A DNA stretch of 64,000 bases, taken from the IMG/VR virus record IMGVR_UViG_3300045738_002143. One strand, given 5' to 3'. Source of the DNA: an uncultured virus (IMG/VR IMGVR_UViG_3300045738_002143) (taxonomy: Duplodnaviria; Heunggongvirae; Uroviricota; Caudoviricetes). Below are positions 9,018 to 17,746 of the stretch, one piece after another; position 1 is the stretch's first letter, and each line of letters begins with the position of its first letter. The position numbers and the translations under genes were made by a program. The notes beneath the pieces are model-generated. The model made no database searches. It was not told the DNA's origin and saw only the letters and a list, made by a program, of their open reading frames with translations.

Positions 9018-11266
9018 ATTTTACTCGAAGAGCCGACTTGCTCGAACAAGCTATTGAGCATTTGGATACGCTTTACGAAGTTGGTGATGATTGCATTCTT
9101 TCTGATGCTCTAGGTGTGGAACTTGGATTTCAGCCCGGTGAGAGTGTCAGTGATTCTCGATACGATATGTTTCGGGTAGAATTGGCTAAACTGCGTTCAA
9201 ATTCTAAAACCCTTACGGCTGCGACCGCTTCCAAACATGCCGATGTCGGTGTGCAGAAGCTCCAGCACGATCCGCCCATGACATCTATCAGCAAGGCATG
9301 TCATGAGGAGCGACCTCTGCAAGAAGAACAACTTTTCAAATGGTTGGCCGATTGCGCTTCTGCCGCTCCGTCTGATGTGCGAAAGAAGGTATTTGATCTA
9401 GACGCTAAGACCATTGAATCGGCGTCTCATTCGGCAAGAACCTATCAAGGTTTAGTCGTAACCTATCCTCGTGGATATTTCTATCAAACCTACAAACTGG
9501 ATGGTGTGGCTCTGGCGCTGTATTACGAGGACGGCGACTTGGTTAAAGCGGGGTTGCGACCTCGTGATGGTGTTAACGGCGAAGATGTGACTGAACAAGT
9601 TAAATACGTCAAAGGCGTTCCTCAGAAGCTAAAGTTGCCGGTTACTTGTTCCATTCGAGGCGAGGTGGTCTGCAAGCTGTCAGACTTCGATAAAGTACAG
9701 AAAGAACTTTTCGCAGCAGGTGAAAACCTGCGAGCGAATCCCAGGAATCATGCAGCGGGTGGTCTCCGACAATTTAAAGACCCAACCAAGACCAAGAAAA
9801 TGCGATTGTCCTTCATTGCTTACGGTATCGAAGCGCACGATAACCCTCCATATAAAACTGAGATTGATCGAGCGAAGTTCTGCGCTAAAAAGTTGGGCGT
9901 GCCTTTTGTTCAAACTCGACAGTTTAACTTTTATGATCTTCAAGATATGGAAGATAACCTCGATGATTTAGATTATGAGGTTGATGGCGTGGTTGTCGGC
10001 ATTAACAACATTGAAGACCAGACTGGGATGGGCCGACATGGCGATCCAAAAACAGGAAACCCTAAAGGTAAGATCGCTTGGAAATTTGCCGAAGAGCGAG
10101 CTAAACCATTTGTCAAAGCTATTGAATGGAAAACTGGCCGTACTGGCAAGATCGTGCCTGTGGCTATTTTCGATGGCGTTCAGTTGGCGGGCACTAACGT
10201 GCAACGTGCGACTTTGCACAACATTGGTTTCATGTTCCGTGAGAAGATCGATGTCGGTACGCAGATCATTGTCTTGAAATCTGGCAAAATTATCCCGAAG
10301 GTGGTAGGTGTTGAATCGAACCCTTGTGCTGGCAAGCCTGATTTTCCCGATCACTGCCCGTCTTGTGGCATCGCAACTAAAGTCAATAGTACACCGGCCA
10401 CTACATCTAGTCCTGAGATGTTTGAGTTGGTTTGTGAATCGAGTGGTTGCCCGGCTCAGATCATTAGTAATCTACAACACTACTTGACTACTTTTGGAGT
10501 TCTGGGTTTGGGAGAGTCTCGTGTCGCCGCTCTTGTCGAGGGCGGTGCAGTTAAGCGTCCTGCCGATTTCTACGAATTAGATGAAGTGAAAACAGCCGCT
10601 TGCGGCCTTAGCGAGCGACAGGGGCTTTTGGCGATGGCTGCCATTCATATGATCCCTAATCCAGACAAGATCGGCACAACGGATGCCAAGGGTCTTAAAG
10701 GGGATGCAAGGGATACGGCTAAGAACGAGGCTTTGCGATCCAGAGTGGAAAATGCTGCTAGGAATAAGGTTGAAATTCCCTTGTGGAAGCTTTTCGCCAG
10801 TTTGGGGATTCCGCAGGCTGGTAAATCTGCTGGTAAAGCCTTGGTTGAATATTTTGAAAATTTTGAAAAAATTAGATCGGTAGCTGTTGCAGATTTGGAG
10901 CAAGTTCCCGATATTGGTGGCGGCACTGCTCAGGCGGTCTATGATTTCCTGCGTGAGCATTCTGACGATATTAATGAGCTTTTGGGGCATGTAGACCCGC
11001 AGTTGCCAGTGACCGGTCAGTTGACTGGTAAGAAGTTTGTTTTCACTGGGGGTTTTCCCGAAGGCAAACGGCATTGGGAGCAAGAGGTTGAAGGGCAAGG
11101 TGGCAAGATTGGCAGTAGTGTTTCGAAGAATACTGATTATGTGGTTGAGGGTACGGATGCTGGATCGAAGGCCGATAAGGCTCGGAAGCTTGGTGTGACG
11201 ATGGTTGATCTCAATAGTCTCAAGAATATTTTGAGCCAAACTGTTACTGGATTGAAAAATATATAA
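9014..11266 (+). CDS. ligA: NAD+-dependent DNA ligase
   Basis: YKLDG, IRGEV, NPRN, DGVV, GRTG, ATLHN, Zn finger, HhH repeats, C-terminal BRCT (SSVSKNTDYVV). Confidence 0.95.
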   Translation: MNFTRRADLLEQAIEHLDTLYEVGDDCILSDALGVELGFQPGESVSDSRYDMFRVELAKLRSNSKTLTAATASKHADVGVQKLQHDPPMTSISKACHEERPLQEEQLFKWLADCASAAPSDVRKKVFDLDAKTIESASHSARTYQGLVVTYPRGYFYQTYKLDGVALALYYEDGDLVKAGLRPRDGVNGEDVTEQVKYVKGVPQKLKLPVTCSIRGEVVCKLSDFDKVQKELFAAGENLRANPRNHAAGGLRQFKDPTKTKKMRLSFIAYGIEAHDNPPYKTEIDRAKFCAKKLGVPFVQTRQFNFYDLQDMEDNLDDLDYEVDGVVVGINNIEDQTGMGRHGDPKTGNPKGKIAWKFAEERAKPFVKAIEWKTGRTGKIVPVAIFDGVQLAGTNVQRATLHNIGFMFREKIDVGTQIIVLKSGKIIPKVVGVESNPCAGKPDFPDHCPSCGIATKVNSTPATTSSPEMFELVCESSGCPAQIISNLQHYLTTFGVLGLGESRVAALVEGGAVKRPADFYELDEVKTAACGLSERQGLLAMAAIHMIPNPDKIGTTDAKGLKGDARDTAKNEALRSRVENAARNKVEIPLWKLFASLGIPQAGKSAGKALVEYFENFEKIRSVAVADLEQVPDIGGGTAQAVYDFLREHSDDINELLGHVDPQLPVTGQLTGKKFVFTGGFPEGKRHWEQEVEGQGGKIGSSVSKNTDYVVEGTDAGSKADKARKLGVTMVDLNSLKNILSQTVTGLKNI

Positions 11267-11382
11267 TGCATACTATATTTGTACTTTACATCACGAGGTT
11301 TTTGTCGTATAGTTTGATAGACAGGAAAAACAAAATTTTACATTTGTCTATCCCAGGATAGAAGAAACTAGAGAAACTAGAG

Positions 11383-13041
11383 ATGGCTAACAAGAGTCTT
11401 TTTGGAACTAAGACTGAAACCGAAAAAGCCACCGCAGTCAATGCTGCTGGTGGTCGTGCATACGAGTCGTCTCATAAGCAGGCTCTTGCGCAGATTGCTG
11501 CCACGAATTGCTTTAATGGAACCTACTACGCTAGGGCCGAGGACAATCTCAAGATTGCTCGTGATGCTGCGCAGAATTTAGTTGATGATCCACAGTTTAT
11601 CGCTAAGGTTGCATTATATTCTCGCAGCAAGTCTTACATGAAAGACATGCCAGCGTTCTTGACGGTTGTGTTGGCTGGGATCGATACCAAATTATTTAGG
11701 CAGGTGTTCCCGCTCGTGATCGATAATGGGAGGATGTTGCGTAATTTCATCCAAATTGCTCGCAGTGGGCAGACTGGCCGCACTTTTAATATGTCGGCTG
11801 GTACGTGTCGTCATGCAATTCGTGATTGGTTTGCCAGCAAGTCATCTCATGCAATTTTCAAGGCTTCTATCGGCAACGATCCTTCCATGCGAGATATTTT
11901 GCGCATGGCTCGTCCCCGACCGGATTCTAAGGAGAAGGCGGCTCTGTACGGTTATCTCAAGGGGGCCGAACTAGACAAGAAGACTGGTGCATACCGGACT
12001 TACAATAAAGATGGCAGTGTTCGTTACGAGCATCCTTTCGAGGCTCTGCCGCAGATTGTGCGTGAATACGAGCAATATAAGATGACCAAGGAAGGTACAC
12101 CACCGAATGTAGATTTCCGTATGTTGGATTCATTGGGTTTAGGTCAGTCTGAGTGGACAGACATCGCTCGAAATGCTCCGTGGATGATGACTCGGATGAA
12201 CCTGAACACGTTTGCACGTCATGGTGTATTCGAGGACACCGAGGTTAGTGATCTAATTGCGGCTCGTTTGAGCAACCGTGAGCAGATCGAGAAGTCCCGT
12301 ACTTTCCCATATCAGTTAATGTCTGCTTGGAGGGCCACTAGCGGGAACGAGAAGGTGCCGCATAATGTTCGTGAGGCGTTACAGGATGCGATGGAAATCG
12401 CAATCGATAATGTGCCGAAGATCAATGGTCAGGTATTCGTCTGTGTGGATACTTCAGGCTCTATGGGTTCGCCCGTCACTGGAGATCGTAGGGGATACGG
12501 CGCTCCAAGCACGAGTGTTAGTTGTGTAGACGTGGCCGGTTTGATTGCGTCGAGCGTGGTTCGCAAGAATAGTTCTGCCCAGGTTTTAACCTTCAAGAGT
12601 GATGCTGTACGTGTAGAATTGAACCCAAGGGACACTGTGTTAACCAATACTGAGAAGTTGGCTAGTGCTGGTGGTGGGACTAACTGTTCTTCTGCTTTGG
12701 CCAAGCTGAATCAAGAGCGGGCCACGGGTGATGTAATTATCTATGTCTCGGATTACGAGTCGTGGGTAGATTCTGGATATGGCTATGGATATGGTGCTGG
12801 TACTGGTATGCTCTCCGAGTGGAGTAATTTTCAGGAGCGGAATCCAAATGCCAAGTTGGTTTGTATAGATTTGACTCCGGGGTCTAACAGTCAAGTGAAG
12901 GAACGGCCCAATATCTTGCAAGTTGGAGGTTTCTCTGATACTGTGTTTGATGTGGTTAAAAACTTCATCGAGCATGGCGATAGTGATAATCACTGGGTTG
13001 ATGAGATTGAGAAAATCGAAATTAATTCTGAAAAGGCTTGA
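11383..13041 (+). CDS. Ro60/TROVE-domain RNA-binding protein (Rsr-like)
   Basis: N-terminal NAAGGRAY, TROVE region, vWA with DTSGSM MIDAS, GGTNCS, VGGFSD. Confidence 0.92.
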   Translation: MANKSLFGTKTETEKATAVNAAGGRAYESSHKQALAQIAATNCFNGTYYARAEDNLKIARDAAQNLVDDPQFIAKVALYSRSKSYMKDMPAFLTVVLAGIDTKLFRQVFPLVIDNGRMLRNFIQIARSGQTGRTFNMSAGTCRHAIRDWFASKSSHAIFKASIGNDPSMRDILRMARPRPDSKEKAALYGYLKGAELDKKTGAYRTYNKDGSVRYEHPFEALPQIVREYEQYKMTKEGTPPNVDFRMLDSLGLGQSEWTDIARNAPWMMTRMNLNTFARHGVFEDTEVSDLIAARLSNREQIEKSRTFPYQLMSAWRATSGNEKVPHNVREALQDAMEIAIDNVPKINGQVFVCVDTSGSMGSPVTGDRRGYGAPSTSVSCVDVAGLIASSVVRKNSSAQVLTFKSDAVRVELNPRDTVLTNTEKLASAGGGTNCSSALAKLNQERATGDVIIYVSDYESWVDSGYGYGYGAGTGMLSEWSNFQERNPNAKLVCIDLTPGSNSQVKERPNILQVGGFSDTVFDVVKNFIEHGDSDNHWVDEIEKIEINSEKA

Positions 13042-13065
13042 CATTTAGTCTGAAAAAGATAAAAT
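13038..13065 (+). promoter_or_regulatory. Promoter for RNA cluster downstream of Ro60 gene
   Basis: TTGACA-N16-TAAAAT, 8 nt before the first Y-like stem. Confidence 0.7.
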
Positions 13066-13073
13066 TGAAACAT

Positions 13074-13135
13074 GATCGGAATGCAGGTGGGATTACATCA
13101 AATGCAAAAAAAATCTCATCGACCCTTGTCCGATC
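13074..13135 (+). ncRNA. Y RNA-like RNA 1 (Ro-binding stem)
   Basis: GATCGGA/TCCGATC and GGTGGGATT/AATCTCATC helices; internal-loop motif GAATGCAGG..GAyCCTTGTC shared with copy 2; adjacent to Ro60 gene. Confidence 0.75.
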
Positions 13136-13145
13136 TGTATTTTAT

Positions 13146-13198
13146 GGGTGAGTAGCTTTGTTGGGGATGGCGATTTGGTTCGAGTCCAGTCTTGCCCT
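13146..13198 (+). ncRNA. tRNA-like element lacking an anticodon arm
   Basis: Acceptor-like GGGTGAG/CTTGCCC, TAGCT D-arm start, GGTTCGAGTCC T-loop. Confidence 0.6.
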
Positions 13199-13202
13199 TT
13201 TA

Positions 13203-13282
13203 CCCAGAATGCAGGCAGGACTACATCACCAATAAGATACCTCCTCTTTGGAGGAGGGATGTCTTGCCGATCCTTGTCTGGG
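13203..13282 (+). ncRNA. Y RNA-like RNA 2
   Basis: CCCAGA/TCTGGG and GGCAGGAC/GTCTTGCC helices, compensatory relative to copy 1; internal CCTCCTC hairpin. Confidence 0.75.
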
Positions 13283-13301
13283 ATTTTAATCACAACCACA
13301 T

Positions 13302-13337
13302 AAAAAACCCACCGGGGTGCAAGCCGGTGGGTTTTTT
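13302..13337 (+). terminator. Intrinsic terminator (possibly bidirectional)
   Basis: AAAAAACCCACCGG-loop-CCGGTGGGTTTTTT. Confidence 0.9.
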
Positions 13338-13412
13338 GTTTTTCTTGTGTTTTAATGTCCCGCAAATACAGTGTTTTTGTTCATTTATTCTAGATGTAAA
13401 TAAAGAACATGC

Positions 13413-13440
13413 TTTACAACTTGACTATTCGTAGTACAAT
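13413..13440 (+). promoter_or_regulatory. Promoter-like motif upstream of sigma factor
   Basis: TTTACA-N16-TACAAT with GTAG before the -10. Confidence 0.6.
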
Positions 13441-13606
13441 TAAAGCAATCTCTTACGGGTACTATCTTGCTCGATTCTGACGTTGCTAAAATTGGAGACA
13501 CCACTTGGTTGCGAAGAGAACAATTTGTCTAATGTTGAAGCGAATGGATTATTGGTGCATCGGACGGATTCGAGTCTGTAATTTGTAAAAGTACCGGATT
13601 AACTAC

Positions 13607-14230
13607 ATGGCGCAAGCCCACCTTACTACCACTGATGTTGCCGAATCTTCTGGCGTTAGAGAGAGAGTGCGGCTGCATGTCGCTAAGCCATGCATTGAGG
13701 ATCATATTGGCCTTGCCTATAGTTGTGCCTTGAGTTTTGTGGGGAAGGGTGCGCATAGTGATGTCGGGCTTTTTAGAACAGAAGACACTGAGGAATATTC
13801 TTTGGCCCTTCTTGGCTTGTGGGATGCTGTAGAAAGTTACAATCCAGACCTGGGATTTAAGTTTTCTACTCATGCTTACAAATGTATGCAAAGTCGCATA
13901 CTTGATGGTCGCAAATTTAATGGCAGACTGAAGAGGAATATACCTTTGGTAGAGGTAGATGACCTCGACTGTTTTATAGGCGATGGTCCTGCGAATTTTT
14001 TGCATGAGCAGATTCTTGAGTTCATTAAAGATCAAAGTGATTTACCGATTGGCACAGATAAGCAAAATATGGATATTTTGCGTGGACATTATATTGATGG
14101 AGATAGTTGGGCCGAGCTAGGAAAAAAGTTTGGAATGACGAGGGCTGGTGCTCGACATTGTGGCCAGGAAGCCATCAAGATAATTCGCAATAGGTTTAAT
14201 ATAAGAGATTGCGACGAAGCCACAAGCTAA
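13607..14230 (+). CDS. Sigma-70 family sigma factor
   Basis: ALLGLWDAVESYNPDLGFKFSTHAYKCM (region 2); SWAELGKKFGMTRAGAR (region 4). Confidence 0.85.
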   Translation: MAQAHLTTTDVAESSGVRERVRLHVAKPCIEDHIGLAYSCALSFVGKGAHSDVGLFRTEDTEEYSLALLGLWDAVESYNPDLGFKFSTHAYKCMQSRILDGRKFNGRLKRNIPLVEVDDLDCFIGDGPANFLHEQILEFIKDQSDLPIGTDKQNMDILRGHYIDGDSWAELGKKFGMTRAGARHCGQEAIKIIRNRFNIRDCDEATS

Positions 14231-14466
14231 GACTCCTCATGATCCTCGGCACAATCTTCCGCTTTGTGTCTTTCTGTTATCTCATCCACTAGGCCAATCT
14301 TAAGAGCCTCTGATTCCCCAACATTTCTTCCCGAACAGATAAGCTCCAGCTTTCGCTGGGCTAATTATACGGGGCAGACGTGTAGTGCGACCTCATGAGG
14401 GGAGGATGCCTAGCTTAACCTCTGGGAGAGCCTACAGGCCAGAGCTAACTCTAAGCCCCCACCCAA
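14227..14466 (-). pseudogene. Decayed enoyl-CoA hydratase/crotonase (FadB/FadJ-like) fragment
   Basis: Across frames: LGGGLELALAC / LPEVKLGILPS*GRTTRLPRIISPAKA / LELICSGRNVGESEALKIGLVDEI; in-frame TGA, frameshifts and internal deletion. Confidence 0.8.
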
Positions 14467-14536
14467 TATACATCTTGATGTGACCATGTTTGAAAATTCT
14501 CATGAACACGTTAAATAATGATAACCGGGGATAGCT

Positions 14537-14776
14537 ATGGATGTTAACAGAGAAATTACCTCGACGGCCTATGCGTACTTCCTAAACGAGCTAGGTTTGA
14601 ACGACGAGCAGAAGAAGCTTGTGAAGGCTTTAATTAGGCATTTATATATTGATGGGTGGACTGACGGCAATGCACACGACAATTTCCTTATCCCCAAAGA
14701 GTTTGCTGAAATGATTGATAAAGACCTAGAGAATAGTTGGGCCAATCTTATAATCGAGGGTGTGGCGTATGAGTGA
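14537..14776 (+). CDS. Hypothetical protein
   Basis: 79-aa ORF in small-gene run. Confidence 0.6.
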   Translation: MDVNREITSTAYAYFLNELGLNDEQKKLVKALIRHLYIDGWTDGNAHDNFLIPKEFAEMIDKDLENSWANLIIEGVAYE

Positions 14777-15062
14777 TGAATCAAGAGGCCCAAAAAAGGG
14801 TGAGTCAGCAGGAGTGGTAGTTAAGTTAGCTAAACTTGATGATGGTCAATACTTTATTCCCCTTCCTACTAAAATTACTGATGGTTTAGGTTGGAATGTT
14901 GATGACGATTTAGACCTCGAATTTACAGAGCTATGCGAAACTTGGGGGGAAACCCAAGGATGTGTTATTCGCAATCTAACTAAGGAAAGAAAAGACGTAC
15001 TAGATAAACTAACAGAGCAAGCACAAGAGCTAGACATGGGGTATGAGAACAGTGAAATGTAG
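14769..15062 (+). CDS. AbrB/MazE/SpoVT-like DNA-binding domain protein
   Basis: DGQYFIPLPTKITDGLGWNVDDDLDLEF. Confidence 0.65.
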   Translation: MSDESRGPKKGESAGVVVKLAKLDDGQYFIPLPTKITDGLGWNVDDDLDLEFTELCETWGETQGCVIRNLTKERKDVLDKLTEQAQELDMGYENSEM

Positions 15063-15225
15063 ATGGTGCGATAAAGAAGCAACTGGCTCTCTGTCAATTG
15101 ATATTGATGTGAAGTCAATGTTTTTCTGCGAGGAGCATGAAGAAAAGACTAATCTACTAATGTTGGCCGCTATTATGGGCGACGAAAATTTGATTAAAGA
15201 GTTGGAGAAAGATAATAATGTATGA
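15043..15225 (+). CDS. Small Cys/His (zinc-finger-like) protein
   Basis: CRWC..FCEEH. Confidence 0.55.
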   Translation: MRTVKCRWCDKEATGSLSIDIDVKSMFFCEEHEEKTNLLMLAAIMGDENLIKELEKDNNV

Positions 15226-15553
15226 AGTCTGGGACAGCCACGGTCAGAAGTTTGAGGCGAATTCCAATATGACAGATTATAAAATAGTAGAACATTTCTT
15301 TACCTGTGACTGTATGTCTCACGGATTACGAATAGTCTCGTATGATTGGGATGGAGACTGGCCACAAGATGAAGACATTAATATAGAACTATGGAAGTGC
15401 GTAGGTACTGGCCGTAAGGGTGTGTGGCATAGAATTAAGATGTGCTGGAATATAATGTGGCATGGTAGGGATTATGTTGACGATATTGTGTTAAAGAGAG
15501 AGGACGCTAAACGTCTAGCGGAAGTTATAATCGAGTTAACAGGGGAAAACTAA
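15218..15553 (+). CDS. Hypothetical protein
   Basis: ORF coupled to neighbours. Confidence 0.55.
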   Translation: MYEVWDSHGQKFEANSNMTDYKIVEHFFTCDCMSHGLRIVSYDWDGDWPQDEDINIELWKCVGTGRKGVWHRIKMCWNIMWHGRDYVDDIVLKREDAKRLAEVIIELTGEN

Positions 15554-15690
15554 TGGAAAACACTATAATTGTTGCTGCTATACTTTGCTTTCTACCAATA
15601 ACACACTTAATATACATTCCAACCAGCATCATCTTCAATCTGGATACATTGGGCTTTTATTTTGCGGGAAAAATCAATAGCTAGCTACAT

Positions 15691-15764
15691 TGTCGAGTCT
15701 CGAAAGAGATCGGCGGTCCCTACGAACTGGGTCAGGTCGGAAACGAAGCAGCCCTAGTAGGGAT
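15691..15764 (+). ncRNA. Minimal bacterial-type SRP RNA (4.5S-like, helix 8/domain IV)
   Basis: GGGTCAGGTCGGAAACGAAGCAGCCC (CAGG/AGCA symmetric loop, GNRA-type apical loop), GAAC asymmetric loop, closing GTCCCTAC/GTAGGGAT; 5' GAAA hairpin. Confidence 0.85.
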
Positions 15765-15774
15765 TTTATAAAAT

Positions 15775-15846
15775 GCCGGTGTAGCTCAGTGGTAGAGCAC
15801 TGGTTTTGTAAACCAGTTGTCGTGAGTTCGATCCTCTCCACCGGCT
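15775..15846 (+). tRNA. tRNA-Thr(UGU)
   Basis: Cloverleaf GCCGGTG/CACCGGC, anticodon loop TT-TGT-AA; no encoded CCA. Confidence 0.95.
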
Positions 15847-15875
15847 CTTCAGCGTTTTTTCGCACGCTTTCATTG

Positions 15876-15980
15876 GGGACCAAGTTCCTCGTCGCCTCGG
15901 CTCACTGTATGAACGACCCATCCTTGTTCATCGCCCCTTTGGGGTATACAAGCTTGCAGACTTACTCCGTCATAAGGCGG
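15876..15980 (+). ncRNA. Unassigned structured RNA candidate
   Basis: GGACCAAGT/ACTAGGTCT closure, TGTAT/ATACA, GAAC/GTTC, GCCCC/GGGGT, CCGTC/GGCGG; G-U pairs favour + strand. Confidence 0.5.
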
Positions 15981-16050
15981 TTCTATTATCACTAGGTCTA
16001 ATTTGTGTGTTGGTACGTATATATTATTAGAACTTAAATTGATCTGGGAG

Positions 16051-16713
16051 ATGCTGATTGTGAATTTTAAGCAATGGTTGGTTTTGGAAAATAAGCAACG
16101 GTTGGTTTTGGAAAACATCAAGAATGTTTTGACAGAAGGTCTTCAGGATTTAGATTCAGATAAACAACGTTTTGTAGTTGATTACATAGATCGGTGGGGA
16201 GCAAATGCGGCTAAGTCACCAGTTGATTACAAGAGAATCAATTGGACAAGCCATTGGTCAAATCCTGAAAATGTTGAAAAATTAAGAGACATACTTGCAG
16301 ATAAATTGATTGACGCAGGCGACGATTTAAGTCCTCAAGAGGCAAAGCGAATTATGGTTAATGCTCTTACCTCTGTTCATCAGAAAAATGTAGGCTTTGG
16401 TTCTAGAAGAAATATGGAGATGGCCAGAAGACATGATTTAGACCCAGAAGAATTTTTGCATCCTGATTTTAAACATTTACAAATGCCTGGATATGCACAG
16501 CATCATCCTGAATCGGGATCACAGCCTATTCAAAGGAAAGTTGGGCATACGCTCACGAGGGGTCCGGGTGGAAATCCGAGAAGAGCAGAGAGATGGAATC
16601 AATGGCGAGCCGATAAAGAGGAACGAGAACGACAAGGAATATTTACAAAGTATGGGAAGACTGGGGGGTACATCAAGGCACCAACGTGGAGCGATTTGGG
16701 AATGACTGGGTAA
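16051..16713 (+). CDS. Hypothetical phage protein with FKQWLxLE N-terminal motif
   Basis: Start inferred; 24-nt near-duplication near 5' end. Confidence 0.65.
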   Translation: MLIVNFKQWLVLENKQRLVLENIKNVLTEGLQDLDSDKQRFVVDYIDRWGANAAKSPVDYKRINWTSHWSNPENVEKLRDILADKLIDAGDDLSPQEAKRIMVNALTSVHQKNVGFGSRRNMEMARRHDLDPEEFLHPDFKHLQMPGYAQHHPESGSQPIQRKVGHTLTRGPGGNPRRAERWNQWRADKEERERQGIFTKYGKTGGYIKAPTWSDLGMTG

Positions 16714-16736
16714 AATCAAGGAAGGTTAATTAAATT

Positions 16737-17174
16737 ATGTCTGAAATAGTTATAGCAGGTGATTGCATAAGGAAGCCATTGATACAATTGGTTTTGGATA
16801 AAACTATTGAAGGCTGCATAATTTGGACCGCTACAAAGTTAAATTCTGGTGAAACCCCTTTCGTTGAAGGAGAGCCTGAGCCTCTCTACGCTGCTCCGGG
16901 AGTTAAATTTTTTGCTAACCCAAATCCAGAATATGACGATAGAATGACTTTTTCAGTATTCCGGCAAATTGGGGCTAACCCGTTGTATGTTCGGCATGTG
17001 ATGGAAGTTGGAAGATTTGAGCTTGATATGGTCAGTTTCGAACTGATTACCGAATGCGACCAGGAGGTGAAAGTTTTATACGATTATCTGATGGGCGGCG
17101 ATGATGGCTTCTCCAGTCCTGTGGATACAGTCCAACCATTCGATAGAGAATTTCTTGATGGTCTAACTTGCTAA
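16737..17174 (+). CDS. Hypothetical protein
   Basis: 145-aa ORF. Confidence 0.6.
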   Translation: MSEIVIAGDCIRKPLIQLVLDKTIEGCIIWTATKLNSGETPFVEGEPEPLYAAPGVKFFANPNPEYDDRMTFSVFRQIGANPLYVRHVMEVGRFELDMVSFELITECDQEVKVLYDYLMGGDDGFSSPVDTVQPFDREFLDGLTC

Positions 17175-17602
17175 GTGAATCACAACATGTTCGAAATGAT
17201 GCCGGTCGCAAACAGAGCAGGCCGAAACAAACAAGTGATTGCACCGTAAGAGCTTTGTCGATCACTACCAATACGAGTTACGATGTGGCTTATGACTTAC
17301 TTAAAGGACGAGGGCGTAAGTCTAGCAAAGGGTTTTTCTTCCCTAACAGATGTGTTGATGATTATGCGCTAGGACATAGGTTTATTTGGAAGCCTTTCCC
17401 TTTAGTCAAGTCAAAAAAAAGAATGAGTCCTGAGCGTTTTATTGAAAAGTTCCCCAAAGGTGTTTACATCTGCAAAACTGTAAGACACGTATATGCTGTG
17501 GTAGATGGGGTTATCAATGATATGTTTGTGATTGATTGGTATGAGGGACGCTGTGTTTATGGTTGTTGGGAAGTGGTAAAAAGCTCAGACGCATCCCTGT
17601 AA
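17168..17602 (+). CDS. Hypothetical phage protein (DCxVRAL motif)
   Basis: SDCTVRALS..HVYAVVDGVIND, Cys/His pattern. Confidence 0.6.
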   Translation: MLSESQHVRNDAGRKQSRPKQTSDCTVRALSITTNTSYDVAYDLLKGRGRKSSKGFFFPNRCVDDYALGHRFIWKPFPLVKSKKRMSPERFIEKFPKGVYICKTVRHVYAVVDGVINDMFVIDWYEGRCVYGCWEVVKSSDASL

Positions 17603-17644
17603 TTAGCCCCTCCTCCTTCTTTTTCTCTTTTTCCTAATTCTTGG

Positions 17645-17740
17645 TTTACAGACCTAACTTTGGTAGTACAATGGGAACATCACCAACGAGAAGTGGTGGT
17701 TTCAATTTCTGGCTTACAGAAGCCAAAACAGTAGTACAAT
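17645..17740 (+). promoter_or_regulatory. Two tandem promoter-like motifs (68-nt period)
   Basis: TTTACA-N12-GTAGTACAATG at 17645 and CTTACA-N12-GTAGTACAATG at 17713. Confidence 0.7.
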
Positions 17741-17746
17741 GAGGGA

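Noticed and set aside
9014..11266. Intein in ligase (also checked SufB)
   Set aside because: Lengths are near normal and no intein terminal motifs were seen.
14233..14403. 6S-like RNA closed by CCTCATGA/TCATGAGG after the sigma gene
   Set aside because: The region is explained by the antisense crotonase pseudogene, and the pairings are inconsistent.
15674..15995. ORFs over the SRP/tRNA-Thr region
   Set aside because: They overlap well-formed RNA genes and show no protein motifs.
17631..17741. Possible mini CRISPR array (GTTTCAATTTCTGGCTTACAGAAGCCAAAAC, 68-nt period)
   Set aside because: Only one repeat-like copy. The similarity between the two units is the promoter motif also found at 8038, 13413 and 33116, so tandem promoters explain it better.
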